A model generated the notes under the pieces. That model searched no databases. It was not told the origin of the DNA and was given only the letters and a program-made list of their open reading frames with translations. DNA of 62,624 nucleotides, the filler included, from Dimorphilus gyrociliatus (lineage: Eukaryota; Animalia; Annelida): assembly GCA_904063045.1 (NCBI GenBank). It is 4 parts of 4 records of this genome, joined end to end, with 100 filler letters (N's around TTAATTAATTAA, not from the genome) between each part and the next. Parts side by side here need not be neighbours in the genome. Positions count along the whole stretch, not along the records: positions 45,410 to 60,833 come from CAJFCJ010000229.1; positions 60,934 to 62,624 come from CAJFCJ010000344.1; 2 more parts are not named here. One strand, written 5' to 3'. Each line of letters starts with the position of its first letter. The first letter of the stretch is position 1. Positions 52,020-62,624 of the stretch are shown here, piece after piece. The translations under genes were made by a program, and so were the position numbers.

Positions 52020-53190
52020 ATGGTGGTCATTGATAGAGGAATTTGTCATTTGGTTGTTGCAAAACACCAAGAAGGGCTATCATTGAATAAATTTGCAAAA
52101 ATGTTTAAAAATTTTAGGTTCATTGCTCAAAATATCTGAAAAAAGTTTCAATTGTATCATGCTATTGAAGATTTATCCAGATGTGGCAGACCAGTGAAAT
52201 TAAGTGAGTCAGATGAGAGAATAATATTCCTTATATCAAGTAGATTCTGGGGAGAAAAAAAAATTTTGTCAGCTTCTAAACTAGCATCAGTTATATCACT
52301 ATCAATATGTGAGAATGTTTTAAGGAAACATAACTTGAGAGGCTATGTTCCAGGAAAAAAAACCCCTATTAAAAAAAAGACCCTTGTCAAATAGGAGAAA
52401 ATTTTGTAAAAGACTCCTCTCTTGGAGCACAGATCAAAATAATAGAATTGTGTTTTCAGATGAGACAAAGATAGATTAAAATCCAAAACACAGGCAGTTT
52501 GTCAGAAGGCATCCATCTGATATATATAATGCAAAATATGCAAAAAAACTTTTAAAGAGGCAAATGGTTCCCTAAATATATGGCATTTTATAAAAAGTGA
52601 TGGTAGCAGAGGTATACATTTATATAAAAGTAATTTAAATTTGGAGAAGTATCAAGAAATTCTTGATAAATCTTTTCTAGAGAATTATGATAGGGACCAT
52701 GTTGTCATGCAGGATGGTGCTCCATGCCATACATCTAGGAGTAGCTTAAGGTACCTAAATGAAAAGAACATAAGGCACTTGAAAGACTGGTCAGCCCAGA
52801 GTCCTGACCTAAATCCTATTGAAAATTTATGGTCATACCTAAAAGGAACAGTTGGCAAACATATGTGCAAAAATGTAGATAATCTATGGAGGACAAGACA
52901 GCAAGAATTCAACAATATTGCAATTGAATATGTTAAAAAATTGTTTAATAATTTTATAAAGAGGCTATAGCTGTGTGTTTTCAATAAGGGTGGCCATACC
53001 AAGTATTAAAAAGGTTTAAAAGTATTTTTACTTCATTTTCATAAAATATTATAATAATTCATGTATATCAATTCTAAAACAATGTCCTAAGGTAGATTTA
53101 ATGTAAAATATTTAATTAAATAGTTAATCTGTATAAGTTTACATCTAAACAAATTTTCACAAGGTGGCTGAGGACTTTTTGCCTATACTG
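52020..53190 (+). mobile_element. Tc1-like transposon (DD35E), pseudogenised, only the 3' TIR seen
   Basis: RCGRPVKLS, VFSDETK and MQDGAPCH...DWSAQSPDLNPIENLW (35 residues between D and E). The end reads TA|CAGTATAGGCAAAAAGTCC on the minus strand at 53190. Confidence 0.85.
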
Positions 53191-53551
53191 TATAATCTAT
53201 GGCCTGTCTTTTTCATTTTTAATATTTTCATATCATATTTAATATTCTTTTCCAATATTTTTAACTAAAGCTTTAAATTTGATTTTGTCAGGTAGAATAT
53301 TTTTATTAATTTTGTCTCTTTCTTATTAATTGGATTAATTATTTTTTCAATGGCACCATCTTGGGAATATACTTTTCAAGCTAGTAAAGTAATCAATTTA
53401 GGATCTTCAATGACTACATACCAAATAAATTTATCTTTCTGTAAACTTTTATGCTATGAAAGGCCATTCTGCAAGTAACTGAGCCAACTGCAAAACTGCA
53501 ATGCTATAAAATATCCAAAATTTTATATTTTCAGAGGAATTTCTAAGGCAA

Positions 53552-54480
53552 TGTACACATTTAGGCAGTTCGTAGGTACTAAACACATAAGCTTGTAACC
53601 AGGCTCACAAATTCACACAATACACCCAAATTGTTACATTTCATTCATCAATGGAAAGCAATATTGAAAGAGTATTATAGAGTACTCTACACGCCTAAAA
53701 CTACAACATACACTATTTAAACTAAGTTGTTAACCCTAATTATTATACACATCATATTTAATGAATATTAATTATATCTTCCACTATTCTATTTATATTT
53801 GGAGCTTTTAGATTATTGTCACTTTTGAACAGTATTGTATGCACAATACTATATTGGATGATTAAGTTTAATACTTTTATCCTACCAGTCCTTTACACAG
53901 AAACATATTATCTTACACAAACAATTATTATTAATAATTTGTTGTATATTAAAACGGCATCAAGTTGACCTTTTCCTATTTTTGTGTTTTGGAATCAATC
54001 CAACTTCTATTAATAATTGTTACATCTTAGGCAACTTTCTGACCTACTAAAATAGGGAGCAAAAGTTCTCCAAGATAAAGAAAAAGTAACAAACATGGAA
54101 GTATATTTGAACTTTCCCTTTATCCAAATTGTTACATTTGTTTGTGTGAATATTTTTATCTGTGAACTGTGAACTATTGGAAAAGTATATAAACCCTTTG
54201 AATTTAACAGTAGTCAGTTCAGTTTTCTAACCGTCAGCTAGTTGTTTAAACTAGCTTGTTTAGAACTAGAAGCTCATTTTACTCAATACATATTCTTTGG
54301 ACGAAATACTGGTGTTTTGTTAATCAATTTCTACCGAAATTGCCTTTGTTAGACTATTTGTGGACGAACTTTAAAGGTTCTATTTGTTTGAGTACTTTGG
54401 CAAGTTGGTAAATGATTGGAAAGGACGATTACAGTTGTGACGAACCAGAAATTCCTACAATTACAATACAACAAAGTACA
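53552..54480. mobile_element. Solo-LTR-like family A element with perfect 5-bp TSD
   Basis: GGCAA|TGTACAC...AAGTACA|GGCAA, 929 bp. Confidence 0.85.
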
Positions 54481-55223
54481 GGCAAGTTGCTATTATCAAA
54501 TACAGGCTCAAAATTTTCAATACTACATAATTTATGAAAAATTTGATTTAAAAACTAAAGATAATGAAAAGATTGATGTTTTAAAAATTGGAATTTTACA
54601 AAAACAATACTTATAAATAAAATTTTAGCAATTAAAGGTTAAAGTCGACTTAGTTCTTTTTCTAAAACAGTACTAATGTAACAATTAAACAAAAGTCCTA
54701 TTTAAGTTGTTTTTTCAAAATAAAATGCTTAAGCATATAATTTCATGAAAATTCAATAGTAAGGTAGATAGTTGCCAAGTTAATTAACTAGCATTCAATA
54801 GGGAAGGGAAAAAGTCTTCTTCCAACTTGGGTTCCTATATTTAACATCCAATCATCTCTTTGCATAACTATTAGGTTTCCATAGAAATCTGCTTAAGTTT
54901 TACCACAATCTTAAACTATTTAGACATGAATTTTTCATGCGCCTAAAATTGACCTTAAGTTAAACTTTAATTATAATATTAGTGTATCTTAATGGAATAC
55001 TAGACCTGTTCACTAAAAGGGTTCATTCAGGACTGAATGCCTGCTGCTACCTACGCCCTACTTTTATACAATTCCTTATCAGTTGTTCATGCCTTAGCTG
55101 TCAACAACAAGGGTCTAACCTCAGATAAGGATTGTTCACAACAAACAGGGTCAATGGTTATCATATTATGCAATAGTGATTTAAACAACAATGGCTTTGT
55201 CCATTGTTATATAATATTCATGT

Positions 55224-55862
55224 TGTACTGCTCTTGCTGGCAAAATTTATGCATTTGCAAGTTATAACAGTACTGGTTCTACTTGAACCTTTAAACAAAT
55301 TTTTAAATTAAACTTAAATTATTATTCGCAATAATAATACTTAAGCAAGTAACAATATAAGAGTTTGATAGCAGAGTAGATAGTTCGTAAAAGCAGGTTG
55401 CCAAATTACCAAACTGTCTTCTAATGTTGAGGAGTAGATGGCTGGTTCCAGTGGAGGTTGTTTCCAGATGATTTTTCCAGGGCCTTGGGTCCAGATGGAA
55501 GCTGCATGCCAAATGAGAATAGTGAGGATTTATATACTTTGAGGTTTGCCTCTGACATCCAATCATCACTTTACAGTTGCCGAAATGTGTAGTTCATATT
55601 TATGTTTAGTAAGAGGATGTTACAAGGTTGAACATTTAGGAAGGTTAATTGAATTATAACTTGGCCACACCCTAGGCAAGTTAATTAAATTATAACTTGG
55701 CCAAACCTTTATTGGTAATTAAAGATGAGCCTTCAAGCTGACTAATCAGACTTATGTTTGGCCAATGTTATAGCATTTTCTTGCATAGGTTTTAAGATGT
55801 ACATGTATATGTTGCATCAAATAATAGAGTTCAAGCATGTAAAATATAACCAAAGTTGTACA
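55224..55862 (-). mobile_element. Solo LTR of the gypsy family with 4-bp TSD
   Basis: ATGT|TGTACTG...TTGTACA|ATGT, highly similar to 18283-18917. Confidence 0.93.
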
Positions 55863-56197
55863 ATGTATATAAACACTTGTTGTTGTAAACATGTTTGGTT
55901 ATGCAACATCTTATTCTTTGCCTATAAAAGGGGTTGGCGCCAGTCTAGGCTTTTTCAATTTGGACAATAGAGTTGTAGATGTAGAAGGTGAGAATATAGA
56001 TCCTAACAGATGGTGTTTTATTACTTTTAAAACATATGTGACCTCAAATATCTAAAGAATTGTATGGTGTAAATGTAAAATATTTGTCTTATCTTTTCAA
56101 TGCAAAAAGTGTATTAGAGAAAGAAAAAATATAGTAGAAAGTTAACTTTTACCAAAATGTAAATCAAATATTCAAATTCAATTTCCTTGTTAATACT

Positions 56198-57003
56198 TTA
56201 GCAAGTATTTTGTGAGATAATTGTGGCAATCCAATCAAAGTAGTATAAGGCTTGCGAATAAAGTGATAATTTATTATTACAAGGCTCTAAAATTTTGGAA
56301 ACAACTCCTGGAACTATCCATCTATTACCAATTTTACAAGATAGTGGACTACCTCCATCACCCTGTCAGTTATTTTGTTAATTAAAAACCGGTAATAAAA
56401 AAAGAACAAGATTGATTTCTATTTTACTTACAAAACAAACTTGTTTCAAATTATCATTCCACAGACAAATCATTTGTGGATATGTTAGATTAATGTTTTG
56501 ATTCATTGTCTTTAAAGCTGCTGAACAAAATGTTTCATTTTTTAAATAAAGTTGAGCTTTTTGCAATGATTGACTTGCAAGTTTAGGAGCTGAAAATGAA
56601 AAATTAAAGATAATAGAAATCAAATATAACTCAAAATAATTTAAAAATATTAACAATTTGGATTATTTGAACCAAAACCAGTTGCAATGCAAGTGTAATT
56701 TTCATTTCCATTTAGTGGATGCCTCCTTAAACAGGCTATATTTATGTAATTTGAAAGTGTAACCTTTCTGTCCAATTTTACCAGCACAATACCAAATTTA
56801 TATTTATTATTGTTGCTTGAATGGACAAAAACCGATTTTGAAGTGTATTTATTACCTTGGAGAAGCCTGTTTGATCCTAAGTATACTGTGAATGGACTCT
56901 CCCTTAAAAAGAAGACAAATATTTAGAAAATATCAATTTTTTACAACTCAACTAGGCCTGCTATAAAAAGTAGACCCAAATCTTCAATTATATATATATC
57001 TTC

Positions 57004-57044
<41 letters not shown>

Positions 57045-60000
57045 CTTTGGATTAATACAATCAGCATTGGTTAGAACAAATCTTTCATGGATCAATGTTC
57101 CACCACAAAGCCAAACATGACCTTGTCTCTTGAATGCAACTGTTGCCTATTCAATTGTTTTTTTCAAATTTACATTTTATTTGGGATTAGCAAATGAAAA
57201 TATGAATATTTATTACCTGCCATGGAAAATCTTCAATATTTGTAGGTTGTCCACCAACAATAAATGGTGTACTAGAAGTTAAACCACATCTTGGTGGGTT
57301 TAATCCAATTCTATTTAGATCTAAAAGAATGCATTGTTTTCTATGTTGTATTTTAAAAAAGAAAATTTTTCCTAACCATTATCTGAGTAACAAGCACTAT
57401 TTTTCAAAAATATTGCACTAATTGATATTGCTGAGACCTGTTGATTTTTGGAGACTTGTGCAATAATTTGAAATTGTTCAACATTACTCTTTAAAGTTCT
57501 TAGATAAGTAGAGTTAATATTTTGACTGCAACTTCCTTTTTGTGAGAACATAAGTTCTTCTGAGAATCTGCAAAAAGAAGCCAAAACCAAAAATATGTTT
57601 GAATATTTTTTAATGTGAAAATGAATGTTTCTTTTTCTTACCTAAATGATTTCATACCCTTTTCCCTATAATATATAAATATTTTAGGTAAAACTCCATT
57701 TGTTTGACCAGGAACTACTAATTTTTTCACTCTAAAAGAGAGACATCTATCAGCAGATGAAGAAGTAAATATGGGAGAAGTAAATGTTGCAAATGAATCA
57801 TTCTTTACAGTGATACCACCAATTTGCAGACCGTAATCTATGGAGAAAATGATTTAAAAAATGACATGGAATAATTCAGTTTAAAGTTAGACAAAAAAAA
57901 CCAAAAAAGCAAACCTAAATTATCAGCTCCCAATGGTCTTCTTGTCCAATAAAATTGATCATTACGCAATAAATTCAATTGATAGCCACATAAATGTGTG
58001 TTAAAATTACAATTAACATTTTCACCTATGTTTTTGTAGAAAGTACAACATGTTTATGTTCAAAAGTTTTACAGTATAAAGCACATACTTTTCTTGGGCA
58101 CTGGATAAATAATTGGATTCAAGCCTGAACATTTTCCACTACTGATTTGGAAATAATCTAGAGCAATATGATTTTTTTGTGAGTATCCTTGAATTGCTTG
58201 AAAGAATAGCTATAAATAGAATTATATATATATATATATATATATTAATAAATGTCTCAGTAATGAAGAAAAAAATAAAACCTCGTAAAATGTCGAAGAT
58301 ATTTGAATTTCCTGTTTCTGCCAAGTACCATTTGTTGCTTTCAATGTACTGAGAGAAAATAATGGACCATTTTCTGTATCCCTTAATTGAATATTCAAAT
58401 TTGCTCCACCTAGTCCATTGAAACTTATAATATTATAATAGAATGAAAAACAACCAGTCCCAGTCAATTTTTGCAATCCTGTTGATAAGGTGGCAATATT
58501 GCTTGAATGGGAGTTTGAAGATGAGATTCTTAAACAATATTCTAAAAAATAAATACATTTTATAGTATAAACTGGTATTTTTGATAAAACAATTTAACTG
58601 ACTTCCATTGTAAGGTGAAATTGATTCAAAAGACAAACTACTTCTAATAAATTGCCAATTGGAATTTTGCCAAAATACTTTAAAATCACATAAATCATTC
58701 TGGAAGGTACATAGCATTTTTGTTTTTTTAATACTAGGACAATTTCCTTCTCTAATGATTAAGTCATCTAAAGCTATATCACCTTTTTCATCCCCACCAG
58801 ATGTTGCTTTAATAATAAGTTGGTCAACATTCTCACTAGATTTAAGAGGAATATAGAGTTTATTCCATTGATTTCCAATATTATGATTCTTTTTTAAAAT
58901 ATTTTTTTCCAACATGCCTCTATAGGCAGAAAAAATTTCAAATTCTCCAATCCTATCCTCAGACCCATACATATGATAAGAAGTTTCTAGGCAATAATTC
59001 CTATCTCCAAGGTCAAAGATAGGAGATTTCAATTCAGTTGAAGAGCCTTGTTTGCTATTATTAGCTTCGACATAAATATAATAGCCCATACCATTAGAAG
59101 AATCTATATTTGTTGGAGTAGGACCACAATGTCTTTTCCATTCATAGTCACTTTTTGGACAGTCAAAATGCTTAGAAACACTCCAAGAGCAGAAACTAGT
59201 TTCAAAATTACAGCTCAATTGTCCAGGATTCATTGGAAGAGGTGGAATATTTGAGCAAAGCCCAGGTGTCAAAGATATGTCATCAATTGCTATATCACCT
59301 CTATAATCGCCAGCTGATGTTGCTCTAATTGTAATCTAGAAAAAAAAACCATTAATTTACAATATTCACTGAATGAGTGAAAAAACAACAAACCTTATGA
59401 ATATTTTTCAAAGATGAATTCAAATTTATTGACAAATCATTCCACTTATCTCCAAGACTGTGTGAATGTTTAAATAGTCTGGTTCCAACTCCTCTATAAT
59501 AGCCAAAAATTTCAATTTTACCAGTCAAATTTAATTTACCCAAAATATGATAAAATAGTCTAAAACAGTAAATTTCATTTTTCAATTGGAAATATGGTGA
59601 TATTAATTCAGCAAAATGACCTTTACGAATGGCATTACCAAGGGTATGATCAACTCTAGGTCCAGTATAAGTTGATTGCATACTTCCACTATGCAATCTC
59701 CAAGTATAGTAGTTAAAATCAGAAATAGGATATTTGAAGCTTTTCCAAGAGCAGAAGTTTACTTCAAAATTACAATTTAAAGTTTCTATTGCAAGAAAAA
59801 AGAACTGATAAATTAGTTACAAATATAAAAGAAAAAGTTGTACAGTATTTACCAGGAGTATGGTAAACTGGTATATCAGTTGGTTCCAAATCATCATAAT
59901 TTCCTATAGAAGAAAAAAAGAACATTATCTAGATGTAATGTAAAATTATTTTTTTATTTACAAATCATTTACCTTTACAATCATTTATTTCAAAATTATC

Positions 60001-60709
60001 AACTGCAACTGCTGTGTCTGCCAACTTTGACCTTTGAACTTTTCTAACAAACTGTTATAAGGTAAGACAATATATAATACAATTTTTGGTGTTGTTTTCT
60101 TTTTTACATACACTATCATATGGAATTGTAGTATTTATAGTAGATTTTATCCATTGCCTTTGTGGATTATACTTTCCATTGAATACTGTCTCAAAAACTG
60201 GTAGACCATTATTCAATAAAATTATTGATAAATTGGCATTGATATTGCCAATCATCTGATGGAATTGTAAACAAGTTCTAATTGGCTTAATTTTCTCATA
60301 ATGAATACTATGAATGTTTGGAGATATTAGAAAAGTTTCCAAAAAATTTGAATCCTTGTTAGCGATTGCCATGACAATATCTATAAAATAGAATAGATTT
60401 TTTTAAAGAAACAAACTCATGCATATAAACATACGAACCATTTTGCCCATCATTGTTGGGGAAATTTTGAACTCCTCTTTTAAATTTAAACAATTAAGTT
60501 CCATTAGGAACATTTGATGTGAAATCACAATCATTCAAATGGAAATGGCATCTCCAATAGATTTCTTGGCCTATTTTTTTAAAAAAAAGTAAAAATAGTA
60601 CTCTATTTGAAAAATATGTAAAATATCAACAATTAAAAAAAATACCAAAATTTCTGTAGAATTGATGAAAGAGTATAAATATACTAAAAAAACAGATAAG
60701 CATGTTCAT
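56198..60709 (-). CDS. Secreted multi-MAM-domain protein with a C-terminal catalytically dead trypsin-like domain; at least one in-frame stop
   Basis: Signal MNMLICFFSIFILFHQFYRNFG, about five C.F....C.(W/F/Y)...IA.D MAM repeats, then RCGLTSSTPF-IVGGQPTNIEDFPWQ, LCGGTLIHERFVLTNADC, FGIVLVKL, GDGGSPLSC and YFDWI, with stop at 56198-56200. In-frame TAA at 60494-60496 and possible frame problems near 58490 and 57700. Confidence 0.85.
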
Positions 60710-60833
60710 GATATCTATATTTTGCAATGAAATTTCCTAAGTTACAACTTCTTATATATACATCTAGTGATGTTGGATAAATATAGACATACACTCAATG
60801 TCACCTGACCTACTTATAACTTATTGTTTACAG

Positions 60834-60933
60834 NNNNNNNNNNNNNNNNNNNNNNNNNNNNNNNNNNNNNNNNNNNNTTAATTAATTAANNNNNNNNNNN
60901 NNNNNNNNNNNNNNNNNNNNNNNNNNNNNNNNN
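60834..60933. other. Synthetic contig linker
   Basis: 44 N + TTAATTAATTAA + 44 N. Confidence 0.97.
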
Positions 60934-61721
60934 AAAATAGCTTCTAAGTTATATTTATGGTTAAAACCTAGATTGTAATGCAATACTTTTAAGTTTTCTA
61001 AACACTTAGAATTAGTTACTATATAATTTTCTGGAAAGTTACAGTTAGTCAAGTTTAGCTCGATTAGATTCGTAAGTTTTAATGGAAGATACAGCTCTTC
61101 TGCATTATTATTAGAATAGTTTTCAGAAAAGTCGAGCTTCTTTAGAGATTCAAGATTAGCTAAAAAGGAAATATAATCTAGTTTTAGATCACATTTTCTT
61201 AGATAAAGCTCTTCTAGTCCTTTCATTTTCGATAAAGCTACCATAAAATCTTTATTAATTTTATTTCCAGATAATGATAACTTTTTTAAACCTTTTAAAT
61301 CGCCTAACTTTAACAACTGTTCAATTTTGATATTACACCCGGATAGATTTAATTCTTCTAAATATGATAAACTTGGTAATATTTTAAAAAGTTCATTGGG
61401 TAATGCTGTAGTTTTAGATAAATCCAATTTTACAATGTCTTTTGCTTTTTTAAGCTCGCCCAATACAGGTATTAAAGGTCTATTGTTTTTTAATATAACA
61501 TTTTGTATACCTTCTATGCTCATAGTTCTACTAAAATCATGAGTTATATCATATATTTCATTTATTCTTAGTTCTTGTATATCAAACTCATCACTTTGTT
61601 TTGTATATATATCTTCCGTGTCAAAGTTGTCTCTTTCTTCTGCATCAACTATTTCATTACTAGCAGATTTTTCTTGACATATAAATAAACTGGGGATTTT
61701 ACTTAGAAGTAAACGAAACAT
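60934..61721 (-). CDS. Leucine-rich-repeat protein, 3'-truncated, intronless, same style as 8801-10632
   Basis: LEELNLSGCNI, LKKLSLSGNKI, MKGLEELYLRKCDLK and LKKLDFSEN. The true start is uncertain. Confidence 0.85.
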
Positions 61722-62624
61722 AGTATCCTGTTTTCGTAAAAATTTTATATATAAAATAAATGATTGGCCGTTTAAAGTTGTTTTCCATTTTTAGAATTTG
61801 CTCTTTTAAAGTATCAAAACTTATTTAAAATTTTAATATATAGTATATATTTTTACCGCTATAAAAGTGTTTTTTCATTTCCAAAAATAGAATATTGTTG
61901 TTACTTAATATGAAAAAAAAGATTTAAATTTTTATAATGATTTATGGTTGCTATTTTAGCATCAAAACTACAGTTTTAACTTCTCAGTTTTATAAAAATT
62001 ACTAAAATAAATTTTTTAAAAAATCAGTAGAATATTGACATAAAATGGGAAATTTGTCTATTTCCTTAGTGGTTTAGAATTAAATTGTATTTTTTAATGT
62101 ATTAGCACTTAACAAAATTTAGATCAAAATCTACATAATATCTGATATCTTTTCACTGAAAAAAAAGTTCATATACTTTTGATACTCTAAGTTTTTGACA
62201 GAGATTTTTTATTACTCATCTATTCTTAAATCTCCTTCATAATATATTTAAGCATATGAACATTAGAACATCACATTAAAAATTATTTATTAAGTCTTTA
62301 AAAGCAGAGCCAGATATAATCTACACATTTTTTTACATATAATATTTATCATATTATGCTTATGAACGACTTTCAAGATATTAGACGAATAAATTATACC
62401 TACTTTTTAATATAAACACGTCTTTAGTATATAGTTTAACAGATATAAAAAGGTTAAAAATCATAATTCAAGACATTTAAAACACTATAAACTACTCTTA
62501 AATACAGTCTGTTAAAAAAAAGTGAACAAGAAAATATTAAAAACCTTATGAAAAGAACACTTTTATATCTATATAATATTCTAGAAGAACGAACAATGAT
62601 CATGGTACTAACAAGTATGACTTT

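Noticed and set aside
56990-57041. (TA)n tracts here and near 27582, 30863, 50357 and 58225
   Set aside because: Ordinary microsatellites in introns or intergenic DNA.
2146-61542. Numerous 60-130 aa ORFs antisense to real genes or inside repeats (e.g. 2146-2445, 9884-10171, 20120-20524, 28169-28393, 52685-53002, 61327-61542)
   Set aside because: Shadow frames of identified genes or repeats, with no independent coding signal.

Overview
This is eukaryotic DNA and not one locus. Three identical 100-bp synthetic linkers (44 N + TTAATTAATTAA + 44 N, at 15293, 45310 and 60834) join four contigs. A (1-15292) and D (60934-62624) have intronless genes, CCC motifs just before ATGs, LRR genes, a SMARCAL1 fragment and a dense pile of Tc1/IS630, Merlin, LINE and Ginger-type elements. 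They look microsporidian-like (inference). B (15393-45309) and C (45410-60833) have animal genes with roughly 50-100 bp introns. B holds a Ty3/gypsy element, an 11-exon ABCC4-like transporter and a 16-kb near-perfect palindrome (21230-37234). Each palindrome arm carries a Phantom-type Mutator transposon (PHD finger + FLYWCH + MULE), solo LTRs and a 7-exon secreted two-PAN-domain gene that the ORF track misses. The palindrome may be real or a fold-back assembly artefact. C holds the 3' end of an acetylcholine-binding-protein-like gene with no transmembrane part, an ITIH-C-terminal-domain gene, a gene with about five MAM domains fused to a trypsin domain lacking all three catalytic residues, and more transposons. 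No rRNA, tRNA or CRISPR feature could be supported.
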